A stretch of DNA of 64,000 nucleotides. Origin: Octopus sinensis (Eukaryota). The translations under genes and the position numbers were made by a program. Below, one piece after another: positions 13,700-26,685 of this stretch (within the stretch, counting starts at the first letter, position 1; every line of letters begins with the position of its first letter). The notes below the pieces were generated by a model. The model made no database searches. It was not told the DNA's origin and was given only the letters and a program-made list of their open reading frames with translations. The stretch covers positions 36,332,001-36,396,000 of the forward strand of contig NC_042997.1 in assembly GCF_006345805.1 (NCBI RefSeq). Reading direction: 5' to 3'.

Positions 13700-14680
13700 T
13701 AGTAAGTATCACTGAGTGGTGGTAAGCTTTTGAGAACCCATGCAATATACTGACGCATTTTTCCCCACTTTCAATATCTTCTTACAATGTTCAGTTCCCC
13801 AGCAGCTCTTCTTTACAACCATAAATCCCTTTCCTGCAGCTCGATATTTAGTTGGTTGTACTTTATTCATATGAAGGCACTCTATGCTGTCTCTAGGCAT
13901 GTTATAAGCCTTTATTTTCTGGGAGTATGATGTTTATACTTTGGAGTTTTTTATCTCCAGCATCGAGTTAGATGTTTGATTCCCTTCTGCTTGGCGTTTG
14001 ATTAAATGTGGCTCCTATATATTCACAGACGCTGGTGAGATGTGTTATTTAGAAGAAGGAGGCCATTTCTATTTCTAGTGTTTTCCTGTTGCTAGCGTTT
14101 CTCAATGTAGCAGTTATTTCTTCGCTGTTGATAGCCAGCCTTGTTTGTGTTGCTATTAGATTTTTTTCTTCTTTTTCTCTTCCTATCCATTTTGCCGTTT
14201 GTCGTATTGGTCTTTTATGCTCTGTATGCTCTCACAATATATCTGAATTTCTGATGTCGTTGTTACATCTACTATATTTATGGATGTGATTTATGTGTAT
14301 GAAGAATCATTTAGCATTTACACCAATTTCATTATTTCCTCGAGTGAAACATCCGCACATCTCATATAAAATTATTTCGCAAGTATTTCCTACCTGTCCT
14401 GTCTTTTGTATGCTATATTTGCATTATGTGGTACTGCTTTCATTTTCCTTGCAGGATCACGAGTTTTCTACTTCACGTAATAAAGATTGCTCTTTCGTTC
14501 AATTTCCATTCTATTTTATTTTTTTCTATTTTGTAGTTCGGCAGAATATTTTCCCCTCATCGCTTGATGCCATTACATGTACCGAAGAGATCAAATTACT
14601 CAATATCTCGATATCCACGCCGTCCATTGTCATGAGTATAAATACTTGCAGGACTGATAGCTGCGTATTTATTGGTTCAT
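13700..14680 (-). mobile_element. R4/Dong-type non-LTR retrotransposon remnant (RT N-terminal part), very degenerate
   Basis: KGIYGCKEELL at 13832-13800 (G.KEQL motif) and upstream NSEEITATLRNASNRK. Boundaries are approximate. Confidence 0.65.
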
Positions 14681-14706
14681 AGACTTTTCATTCCTTCCTA
14701 GTTTGA

Positions 14707-14769
<63 letters not shown>

Positions 14770-15012
14770 TCGTGAGCCGCGTGGAAGCAATGGCCACTTG
14801 GTCTGCTCTGAACTGCACCAAATTCAGACAAGAAGGGAGCAGCAAAGAGTTTTAGTAAGTGCTGACGTCAGGGATTCATCTGTCTATTTCAGTAACGGAT
14901 AGAAGAGATCATCTCACTTTCATTCCCAGTGGCTGACCAACAGATGATAGGCATAGAATCAAGTTATAAGATTTATGACGAAGAAGCTAATTTAGTATGG
15001 AATTCTTTGCAG

Positions 15013-15124
15013 AACAAACTATTAATATGCAGCAAATAGCAAAGACACTACGTACGGAAAATGAACGTCATCGTTTTCAAGAACATCGAGAAGAAAAATA
15101 AAAGAGGGAAAAGCAAGATTGTCA
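15013..15124 (+). other. Candidate exon (112 nt)
   Basis: TTCTTTGCAG acceptor and CA|GTAAGT donor. Frame is interrupted by TAA unless one A is removed from an A5 run. Confidence 0.25.
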
Positions 15125-15217
15125 GTAAGTTTACTTAGAATACGTAATGATAGAGGCCTGCATAGAGTGAGGAGCTCAACTTTATAGTGGAACGAATGAG
15201 AAGCGATTAAGCTTTAA

Positions 15218-15511
15218 TCTTTATATATAAAAGAGAAGTTGTGTGTCTGTCTCCTACGATTTAGATTCCTAACTACTACCACATTTTGCGGTGCAGTTTA
15301 ACCAAAACCGGGTATCTTATAGTCGTGATTCACATCGAGCCCTTCTGGGTATTAGCGCGCGTCTACGATGAGTCTACGATTTAAAAAAAAAATTACCATC
15401 ATATTGTCCATTTTAATGCATTTTTTTGCTATTTTTTGGCTATAACTCTCTAAAAATGCTTATATAGTTATTTCCCTTACAAACCTGAGCAACGCCGGGC
15501 GATACTGCTAG
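15218..15511 (+). mobile_element. Non-autonomous Helitron (about 294 bp)
   Basis: Starts TC(TTTATATATAAAAG) after A15217. Subterminal hairpin CCTGAGC-AAC-GCCGGG. Ends CTAG followed by T15512. No TSD. Confidence 0.85.
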
Positions 15512-15841
15512 TTAAATATAAAGTTAGAGTGCAATTGCTGACTAGGTGCGAGATAGTAAGGCAGAATTTTAACCCAAGGAAAACAGACTACTGGTCCATA
15601 AACACTTAAATATAACGATGCAAATACTGTAGAGCCCACCACAACTCAACTGACTTAAAAATGAGAGAAACTCTTGTAGACTATTTTCAATCTACAAATG
15701 TAAAGTATGAGAAGTACAATTAGCCCTTGTAGTCCTGTAATTGAACCTCAGTTTTTGCTCACAGATGATTGGAATGTGTGTGTGTTTGTGTGTGTGTATA
15801 TGTTTGTGTGTGTGTGCGTGTGTGTGTGTGTGAGTGTGTGC

Positions 15842-15885
<44 letters not shown>

Positions 15886-16954
15886 CTCTTCGATTATATA
15901 TAATTACTAGACCGCCCTTTTTACTAACTGAAATGGCACATACACATACGCCTTCTAAATGCGTTAGGCGACACGTTTTGTAAGCGTGGTGTTAAATGAA
16001 TAAAACATTGAATACTGTTAGTTTTCATGTGTAGTCGCTGATACCATATAACCCATGGTAAAATTCTTCATGCTATGATGCATCTGTTTGAATTTGGAGT
16101 TCACACTTTCCAAGATGATAGATTCAAATTAAAACGTATATACGGCAGCCATTTTCCCTGCGTGTTTCTTCTTCAATCTTTATATCCTTATACCTATATT
16201 AAATATCTAGATTATTATGTGAAAAGTTTGAAATAAAACTGTAAGATTCTCCATCAACACGTTTCTTATACAGAGTTGATTAGCTAAGAAAGAGAAAAAG
16301 AAAATAATTGAGTCAACATATTGTATTGTGTAAAGCAGTCTAACAATGGACAATATAAACACATGCAAGTTAAAAATTTTCTTCTTGCAGTTATGTGGCT
16401 TTCTCCCTCCCTCTATTTAATCCTCACTCTCTTTTTTCTCACACATCGTTTCTCTCTATCTTTCTCTCTTTATTTCTTTCCTTCCTTCATTCATTCATTC
16501 TTTCTTTCTTTTTTTTCATTCATTTCCCCCCCCCTCTTACTCTCTCTTCGTCTATACAGTGGCGCCTTGGTCGCAACACAGATGCATATCTAATAGAAAG
16601 TAAGCACAAAAACGAATGCTTATATATATATATATGTGTGTGTATTTGTGTGTGAGTGTTCAGCACATACACATGCGCGACGCACATATATAACACGCAC
16701 ATATATGCATGCATGTTTTAGATGACGAGTGCCTATTTACTGTTTGTATATATCTGTGTGTAGGAGAAGCGGCGGAAATTGGATGCTAAATATCAGATTA
16801 AACAATTCGCGTGAGTAACACGGCTTCTATTCCTTGACGTATTTTGACCTATCTTTTGAAACGCTTCACTGACGCAGCATAATGTCCTTTACATCACTCT
16901 GTGCATATTATATAACAACTGGTTCATTGTAGTCAGATTCCCCATCAACATTAC

Positions 16955-17024
16955 CAGTAACCTCAGCAGTTTCGACATCATTAAGGCGAATGCAGCACGG
17001 GTCACACATTGATTGATACCGCCA
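16955..17024 (-). CDS. Candidate exon (70 nt)
   Basis: GCTTTTCATTTCCTGCGTAG acceptor and CTG|GTAATG donor. Two open frames (WRYQSMCDPCCIRLNDVETAEVT or GGINQCVTRAAFALMMSKLLRLL). Confidence 0.3.
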
Positions 17025-17443
17025 CTACGCAGGAAATGAAAAGCAATTGTCTCTATTTTTAACAAAGTGTGCGTAAGATAATTAAATGATTATACGAATA
17101 ATGTATTCATGAGCATACATACATAACGTTACAGAGTGCGATCACAAACAGTGAGGCACGCTCAGAGTCAGCGCAGCTCACACATATATACACGTATCTG
17201 CGTGTGTATATGTACAAGCTGAGCTTGTGCTTATGGTGAGCATGTATGTATGTGTGAGAGAGAGAGAGAAAGAAAAAGTGTACGTGCGTGTATGTGTGTG
17301 TGCGTGCATGTGTGTTTGTATTTGCACATGTATGATAAGGACAGATGATAACAGAATGTCAGATAAATCGGTATACGTATGCATGCTCAATGTTGCGAGA
17401 AACATGATGCACGCTTATAGATATATATACACACAGCAGGACT

Positions 17444-17444
<1 letters not shown>

Positions 17445-17493
<49 letters not shown>

Positions 17494-17498
17494 GCGCA
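17445..17498. repeat. (CA)n(CG)9 alternating purine-pyrimidine tract
   Basis: Direct reading; (CG)9 at 17479-17496. Confidence 0.95.
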
Positions 17499-17674
17499 GT
17501 CATATTTCCGTATGTGCATTTAGCCAGTACAACGAGATTAAGCCTCCAAGAAAAATGTGTATATTCCACAAATATATAAATGCATAGGCATAAAAAACGT
17601 GCTAGGTTGCATTTTGCGTACGTTAATTAGTGATGTAGCAGCAGCGGTAGCCGTATTAGCAGCAGCAGTAGTAA

Positions 17675-17720
<46 letters not shown>

Positions 17721-18592
17721 TCTACTGGCCTTCTTGTGTATTGCCATGCTACATTGAAGTGTCAATGTTTCTTTTCTTTTCTATTTTTTTGGTCCTTTTC
17801 TTTCGACCATTACCAAGGATAATTTCCGAAATTAAGTCTTTGACCCGGCAGTGCTACCCTTTCAAGTTAAACTCTTCCAGCTGCGAACTGCCGTCGGACG
17901 GGCTTGCACGAGATACGCGCAGAGGGACTGAACTGGTCTGCATGTAGCTGTTCAGTGTTCAGACATTGCAGACTTGCAGGAACTATGGGAAACAGCAGTT
18001 GTCGCGTGTTGAACAGATACACCTATCAATCAAATCCATACAGAAGAAAGCCCCATCGTCTTTTTTAACCTACACGTATATAGCTGCAACTATGGTGGTT
18101 GTATGGTTGTCCGACTTCAATTGTATGAGGAGAGAGACTTCCCTATCTAGTAAAGCCTTCATCGTTTTTTAAATTTTTTTTTTCATGTTTCGCTAGAAAA
18201 GAAAGATGACGAGTGCAGTGCCCGAGTGAATTTATTGACGGATGAGTGAAAATAGGATAGCAAGCCAAATCGAATGACATCACTCTAAATATAGGCTTGT
18301 AAGTCGGAGAGAAACAAATGACAACATTACTTGCCCTTTGAGTTCAAGAAGATATTCGTTGATAGGGTTCCTCAGTAGGACGTTCAACCATCGTACTTGA
18401 AAGTCGTCCTTCATCATTGACATATATATATATACATATTATATATATATATATATAGATTAGATATATATATATATATATATATATTATATTATATATA
18501 TATAGATATATTATATAGATATATATATAGATATATATATATATATATATATAATATATATATATAGTATATATATATATATTATATATATA

Positions 18593-18629
<37 letters not shown>

Positions 18630-18650
18630 ATATATATAGATATATATATA

Positions 18651-20130
18651 GGAAAAAAGGAAACAAATCGCTTGCCGTGAATTACCGTCCAATCTCACTC
18701 ACCTCTCATATCATCAAGGTATTTGAGAGGGTGCTGAGATCGCGTATGACTCAGTTCCTTGAGAGTCATAATATGCTGAACCCCAACCAGCATGGATTCC
18801 GTAATGGAGAGATTGCCTGACGCAGCTACTGCATCATTTTGATGACATTTTGAGAGCCTTGGGAGAGGGTTCCAACACTGATGTCATCTACCTTGATTTC
18901 AGCAAGGCCTTTGACAGGGTTGATCATAAGATCCTTCTGAGAAAGCTGTCCAATATTGGTGTCACTGGAAAGCTGCTGCAATGGATCAAGTGCTTCCTCT
19001 CTAACAGAACCCAACATGTTGTAGTCGAAGGAGTCAAATCCAGCCCAGCCAAAGTCAGCAGTGGTGTCCCACAAGGCACTGTGTTGGGCCCACTTCTCTT
19101 CATCATCTACATAAATGATATTACTGACACCATCAAACACAGCAACATCAGAACCTTCGTGATGATTCCAAGCTCCAGAAGGTCATCAATGGCGTGGATG
19201 ACCGAATATAACCTTCAGTCAGACCTACTGGCTGTTGTCCAATGGGCGGAAAAGAATAACAGTTGCTAAATGAAGACAAATTCGAACTGATCCACTTTGG
19301 AGGGAGGACGCTCTGAAACTCCCATACTCTCTTCCTTCTGGAGAAATTCTCATGGCATCCAACAACATCAGAGACCTGAGAGTAACAGTGGACAACAAAC
19401 TAAGCTGGGCTACACATATAAGCAGCAAAGTTGACATGGCCCGCAGAATGTGTGTTCTGGATTCTCAGAACCTTCCAGTCGAGAGATTCCCACGCTATTA
19501 TCCTTCTTTCTCCACTTGTGCCCGACCCCACCTGAATACTGCTGTCCACTGTGGTCTCCTACACAAAACAAAATATTATGAGAATTGAAGCTCCCCAAAG
19601 GTCAATCACAAAAAAGATAGATGGCATGTCAGACTTGACTACTGGGGTAGACTAGAGAAGCTGAAATTGTATTCACTCCAACGACGCGTGAACGCTACAT
19701 TATCTGTATGATGTGGAAAATATTCCATCAGCACTGTCCGAATGATGTTGGCATCACCTTCAAAATGCATCCAAGGCTTGGACCACGTGCCATCCGTCCA
19801 CAACAAAAATCTAAATGCATCACATAACGACAATACGGCCACAACTATTTCACCTCAATTGGACCCGCTCTCTTCAACATTACACCAGGACACGTCAAAA
19901 AAGAAACTGACCACACAAAATTCAAGAAGTCTTTGGACAAATTCCTTCAAACAGTACCGGACAAACCACCCACACCCGGATATGTCTCCGCAAACAATAA
20001 CTCTCTGCTCGAATGGGCCTTGGTGCCCAAATCCTGAACTGAAAGACTTCGCCAGGTGGTGCTATTAAGTTAGACATGGCCTGGGCCAATACTGGCCAAA
20101 AACCTTTCTAAGTTATTCTAAGTTATTCTA
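18651..20130 (+). mobile_element. CR1-group LINE, 5'-truncated (RT domain and 3' end), frameshifted
   Basis: NYRPISLTSHIIKVFER, QHGFR, YLDFSKAFDRVDH, SGVPQGTVLGPLLFIIYINDI. 3' tail (TTATTCTAAG)n. Inserted in (TA)n. Confidence 0.95.
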
Positions 20131-20215
20131 GATAGATATAGATATATAGATAGATATAGATATATAGATAGATATAGATATAGATAGATATATATATAGA
20201 TAGATATATAAATAG

Positions 20216-20268
<53 letters not shown>

Positions 20269-20514
20269 ATATATAATATATATATATATTGTGCTGTATA
20301 GCATATATACTTGGATTCCTTACTGATTTTTTTAAATTTTCTATAGTTTGTATAAAGTTTTTCTTTAGTTTATTTACTCATTCCTTTATTTGTGAATCGT
20401 AACATGTCTCTCTTCCCTCATAATTTTATGCAGTAGCATACAAAAGAAATCCTATTTCTTCCTTTTCCTAATCACCACTGCCACCATCATCATTGTCACC
20501 ATTATTATTATTAT

Positions 20515-20680
20515 TAGGCCGTGAGATAGCAGAAATATTAACGTAACGGACTAAATGCATTATTGCATTCCTTCTGGTCTCTACGTTCTGCATTCAAGAT
20601 CTACCGAAATTGAAATTTGTTTTCCGTTATTTTGAGGTCGATAAATTCCCTTTTAAATTGCTGGTCTTTTGACAAAATTT
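20515..20680 (+). mobile_element. SINE family A, highly degenerate
   Basis: Residual head, TACGTTCTG and GAGGTCGATAAATT. Confidence 0.55.
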
Positions 20681-22539
20681 AACCAGTTATTTTTTTATCA
20701 TCATATTTATTATTATTATTATTATTATTGCCTTTTATTATTATTATTGTTGTTGTTGTTGTTGTTGCTGGTGTTTGTCGTAGTGCTTAAGGTTCCTTTT
20801 CTTCGCTCAGAAAGTTGATACTATTTCAATTAACATCAGACGAAAATTTGTTTCTTTACAGTACGTGCCAATACGTCTGGACATAATAGACTGAAAATTT
20901 CTGATTCGATAGAATTTGTATTTCATTTCTTTTTTCTCATTTTTACGACATTCCATGACAACATGTCTACTAGATAAGCCCCACAACAAGACGAAAATGA
21001 CAAGTCAACGCACAGAAATAAATGAAAAGACAGCAAAATATATATATATATATATTGCAGAAACAACGAATTGTTTTAACATTTAATAGAAAAAGAAACT
21101 GTTTGGAACATTTTAACAATTATGTCGAATGATAGTGACAACAAATACAGTTGCACACAGAACCATATCTCAATATATACAATAATCGTCTTGAAGGACC
21201 ATATTTTGTCTGTTACGGTTGTTAGATTTAAGAGAAAGCTCCAAGAAACATTAATGGAGTAGAAGAGATTTGGTAACTAGGCGGTCTTTTTGTTCACGGC
21301 TCTTAAAATCAGAAAACAAAACGCGTATCTCTGTTTTGTGAATACTGGTGAGACCCTTAAACTTTCATCAGAACAGCAGCTTCAAGAAACACTACCCGAT
21401 ATCCTGATTGTGTTGATTGAGGTTTATGGTATAACCTGCTGTATTTTCAGGAACGAAACGCAGCCAAAACAAACAAAAATATAATGGTGACGGTCAGCAA
21501 GATTGGAAGAGAGGAGAATCTGTGACACCATTTCAGTATTGTGTCAGAGAAAGGGTGAGATGTTGTTGAAGAAGGTGACACGAGATGGATTTTGTTAAAT
21601 TTCTTCCAAGCATTTGAATTGTGAGTAGAATATTTTTCAAGTAACATAGTCCTGGTGTAGTTTTGTATGCTGATGAAGAAAATCGCATTCATTTTTTTTC
21701 CAGGAGATTAATAACGAAGTTACATGCATTCAGAGTTGTGCAATTTTAGCCATTCAAAAAGTTCTCTAATTGATATCATCATTTATGTTAATCTGCATAG
21801 CCATAAAAATCAGCACACACGAAATATTTCCGTGGTTTCTTGACCTTCTACAAGTAGCAGCCAAACATTTCTTTAAACTACACGATAGCGCCTAAAATAC
21901 AAAAATGACGTTTTTAAAGTATGTTAAATGAAAAATGCCGTGGCAAGTTCTTTGTATCCTACAAAATTGTGTTGGTTTCATCATTAGTAAAAAACAAAGC
22001 ATCGCCTTCGAGTATTCAATGCAACAGATCGACCCCAGTATTAATGTTTCTCTAAAAATGTTAGTTATTGTAATGCTTTCTTTTTGCCGAAACGTAAAAT
22101 TACGGCGACATAAGCAAGGAAACTGCGGCTGTTAAATGCTTTGTTGGTAACAGACACAACAGTACACACACCAATATATATACGTATAAGTTCAACGAGC
22201 TTCTTTCAATTTCCGTCTACGAAATTCACTCTCTAAATTCATGGTTGGCATGGGGCTACACTGAAGGACAATTGGCCAAATCTCACACATAATATATGAA
22301 TATATATATATATAAATATATACCCATCATTTGTACGATGTGGAAAATATACAGCCAGCATTGCCCAAACGACATCAACTTTAGCTTTAAAATTCATCCA
22401 AGTCTATGTCCTCATGCCACACATCCCCTACCCAGTTCAGGATCACAATGCATAAATTCCATGTGCTTAGAGAGTACGCTTCTTACCACGCGGTCACGTC
22501 TCCTTCTCTCTCTCTCTCGCTTTCGGCCTCAGTGCATAT

Positions 22540-22945
22540 ATATACTCTTTTTACTCTTTTACTCTTATACTCGTTTCAGTCATTTGACTGCGGCCATGCT
22601 GGGGCCCCGCCTGTTAGTAGAGCAAATCAACCCCAGGACTTATTCTTTGTAAACGTAGTACTTATTCTATCGGTACCTTTGCCGAACCGCTACTTTACGG
22701 GGACGTAAACACACCCACACCGGTTGCCACATGATTTTGGGGGGACAAACACAGACACACACATACACACACACATATATACATATACATATATACGATG
22801 GGCTTCATTTAGATTCCGTCTACCAAATCCACTCAAAAGGCTTTGACCCGAGATTATAGTAGAAGACACTTGCCCAAGATGCCACGCAGTGGGACTGCTC
22901 CCGGAACCATGTGGTTTGTAAGGAAGCTACTTACCACACAGCCAG
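22540..22945 (-). mobile_element. SINE family B, full length
   Basis: Reverse complement of 24133-24551. Confidence 0.9.
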
Positions 22946-23155
22946 CGTATAGGTAGATAGATAGATGTACAAATATGCCTACATACATACACAAAAGCAC
23001 ACACACACACATATAAATTGCAGGAGCGAAAGAGAGAGAGAGAGAGACAGATAATGGGAGACACACACATTTACTAAGAGGAAGAAAGAGAAATACATCG
23101 AAATAGGGAGAACAATATTTTTCATCGAAATTTACACCAAAATAAATGCCTCGTG

Positions 23156-23197
<42 letters not shown>

Positions 23198-23493
23198 AGA
23201 GATGTGGTGGTGGCGGAGAAGGAGGAAGGAAAAAGAGAGGAGTAGTATTGGTGACAGTGGAGCCGGTGCGGTGATTTTGATAGCAGCTGCAATGATGGTA
23301 GTTGTGGTGTCGGCGCGGTCAATTTTGTGTTGGTTGATAAAGGTACGTTTTGACGTTTTGTTGCGTGATGTAGTGACTATTTCCTTAATGTTGCTACCGC
23401 TCTCTTCACAATGTTATTCCTGTTGCTGTTACTATTAGCTTTCTTATATAGTATTGATGGTGTCGTTGCTCTTACCGTTACAATTTACGTTAT

Positions 23494-23883
23494 TATATGA
23501 GGGGGAGCACTCCGTCGGTTACGACGATGAGGGTTCCGGTTGATCCGAATCAACTGAACAGCCTGCACGTGAAATTAACGTGTAACTGGCTGAGCACTCC
23601 ACAGACACGTGTACCCTTAACGTAGTTCTCGGGGATATTCAGCGTGACACAGAGAGTGACAAGGCCAGCACCTTGAAATACAGGTACAACAGAAACAGGA
23701 AGTAAGAGTGAGAGAAACTTGTGGTGAAAGAGTACAGCAGGGATCACCACCATCCGCTGCCGGAGTCTCGTGGAGCTGGTGTTTTCGCTCAATAAACACA
23801 CACAACGCCCGGTCTTGGTATCGAAACCGCGATCCTAAAACCGCGAGCCCGCTGCCCTAACCACTGGGCCATTGCGCCTCCAC
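23494..23883 (-). mobile_element. tRNA-derived SINE, family C, full length
   Basis: Reverse complement of the 1765-2127 copy. 9-bp TSD TTACGTTAT at 23485-23493 and 23884-23892. Confidence 0.92.
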
Positions 23884-24132
23884 TTACGTTATCAACGTAA
23901 CGATAATTGCAGCAGCGTTGTTTTTATGGTTCTGGTCGTGTATTCCTTCTATATTATTACGGCTGTGACTACTGCCGCTGTTGGTAGTACATAATGTTAT
24001 TCCTAGATTTAGTTCAAAACTATTTTTACTGTTTGCGTTACGCTGCTGCTATCGCAATTGCAACTTTAACTGATCAAGACGATAAAAGCATTCCAATCAT
24101 GATCATCCCGTCTAATTATGATTATGATTATA

Positions 24133-24551
24133 GGCGCAAGAGCGGCTGTGTGGTAAGTAGCTTGCTAACCAACCACATGGTTCCGGGTTCAGTCCCACTG
24201 CGTGGCACCTTGGGCAAGTGTCTCCTGCTATAGCCCCGGGCCGACCAATGCCTTGTGAGTTGATTTAGTAGACGGAAACTGAAAGAAGCCTGTCGTATAT
24301 ATGTATATATATATGTATGTGTGTATATGTTTGTGTGTCTGTGTTTCCCCCCTAGCATTGCTTGACAACCGATGCTGGTGTGTTTACATCCCCGTCACCT
24401 AGCGGTTCGGCAGAAGAGACCGATAGAATAAGTACTGGGCTTACAAAGAATAAGTCCCGGGGTCGATTTGCTCGACTAAAGGCGGTGCTCCAGCATGGCG
24501 GCAGTCAAATGACTGAAACAAGTAAAAGAGTAAAAGAGAGTAAAAGAGAGT
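24133..24551 (+). mobile_element. tRNA-derived SINE, family B (internal microsatellite), full length
   Basis: GGCTGTGTGGTAAG A box and GGGTTCAGTCCC B box. Body GCCTTGTGAG...GGAAACTGAAAGAAGCC, internal (TA/TG)n, 3' CAGCATGG...TGACTGAAACAAG and (TAAAAGAG)n tail. Confidence 0.92.
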
Positions 24552-24992
24552 ATGTATTACTACATTATCATCGAATAGCGACCCATTTGTTATCTGCGAG
24601 ATATGGCTTCTATTTCTAGCAAGTTAAGTGATTTCACAGAGACGCAGTCGTTCTCTAGCGGTGGTATTTGTTGCACGTGTCGTCGGCCCATTCGTTGATG
24701 CTGTTTGTAGTTTACAAATTCTAATATCAGACAAAGAGAATACTTTTGATGCGGAGGTTTGTGTTACTGCATTCGGTCGTTAATTCCTCGTTACTTTTAC
24801 TTTCATTTTCATTCGGTGAATCAAAATCATTTTCAAATATTTGTTGGATTTCAATCTACTGTATTTGTCACTTGCTACAGCAAAAAATTTGTGAGTAGCA
24901 TTAAAGACGGTGCAATGCGTATAAGGATTAAGATCACAAGTAATCAGATTATAAAATATAATCCATAATTATGTTGAATATTCAATAAATAC

Positions 24993-25059
<67 letters not shown>

Positions 25060-25604
25060 TATATTATACGAATGAATATAGATCACAGCCTGGTCACAAA
25101 AAACGCACACACAATCGTATGTATATTTATGTAAACGAATATACGTATATATGCTTATGTATATACTCATAGATATGTATTATCACATGTATAACCAGTA
25201 AAAATAAAAGTCCTATTGTATGAAAACATCTGGTAGTTGATACAGCGAGAGGAACTTCGAAGAGCACGCTATAAGTTTATTACGTAGGTAATATTACATT
25301 TATGTATGTATGTATGTATGTATGATGTATGTATGTATGTATGTGTATTTGTATCTATGCATTTATATATCTATCGATCAGTATATGTATGCGTGTGTTT
25401 GTATATGTATACACACACACATGTAGATAGAGACATATATATAGAAATACATAGATTAGATATATGCATAATATATATATATATATGTGTGTGTATACAT
25501 ATATATATATACATAAATATACACACACATTTATCCATATTTACATATACATATATGCAGGTGTGTATGCATATGTCTATATATATATATATATATTGGA
25601 TCTC

Positions 25605-25792
25605 TTCTTGTTGGAAGTCCCAGATGAACCTACCTCACGACAGGAGACGCGGATGCGGGCAGCAGCATCGAACTCCCTTGTTGATCAAGTGCCACGTATC
25701 AGAGGTGGATTCACAAACTAGTGTGGCTCATTCAGCGGTGGTGCCCCAGCATGGCCGCGGCCTTCGGGCTAAAACATTTTTAAGGATTTAAG
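25605..25792 (+). mobile_element. 3' end of a retroposon sharing its terminus with SINE family B (candidate partner LINE end)
   Basis: GTGGTGCCCCAGCATGGCCGCGGCCTTCGGGCTAAAACAT with a (TTAAGGAT)n tail. Shorter copy at 62635-62690. Confidence 0.55.
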
Positions 25793-25796
25793 GATT

Positions 25797-25836
<40 letters not shown>

Positions 25837-26239
25837 TTTAGAGAGAGAGAGAGATTGTTTAATTATGATGTCTGTGCATGTGTATGTGTGTAGCTTAGTA
25901 GTTTGCGTGTACGGGTACGCAAGACTCCTTCCATAGAATCTATGTCTTGGAACGTATGAATATAGGAATGCATGAAGGAACGAATAAAGTTGAATATAAA
26001 CGAATAAATATACAAATGAATATATAATTAAATAAAGGCTGATCATCAATCAGAGACTGTAACTGATTGTTAAGTAGATGAGTAGTATATTATGCGGTGA
26101 TGTCAGTCAGGAAGCGTTGCCATCGATAATTAGTAGATTTCTTTCCTCACAAAAACACAAGTGCACCACCCACCACCTATGCCAAGCATTCTTATTCCTA
26201 TCACAACATGCATGAAGAGAAATGGGAGAGAAGGGATAG

Positions 26240-26349
26240 AAGTAGCTACAGCAGCAGCAGCAGCGGCAGTAGTAGTATAGTAGTAGTAGTAGTAGTAGTA
26301 GTAGTAATAGTAGTAGTAGTAGTAGTAGTTGTGGTAGTAGCAGTAGTAC

Positions 26350-26385
<36 letters not shown>

Positions 26386-26543
26386 CGACGGTGGTAGTGA
26401 TGGTGGTGGTGGTGGTGGTGGTGGTAGTAGTAGTAGTAGTTGTAGTGACGATGGTAATGATGGTGGTGGTGGTGGTGATGATGGCGGTGATGGTGATGAT
26501 GGCGGTGATGGTGGTGATGGTATTGATAGTGGTGGTGGTGATG

Positions 26544-26635
<92 letters not shown>

Positions 26636-26685
26636 TGGTGTTGCTGTTTTTGTAGTTGTAGCTGTAATAGTAATAGTTGTAGTGG
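26240..26685. repeat. Compound trinucleotide array (GTA)n/(GTG)n/(GAT)n
   Basis: Direct reading; source of the poly-V/L/Y/H ORF artefacts. Confidence 0.97.
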
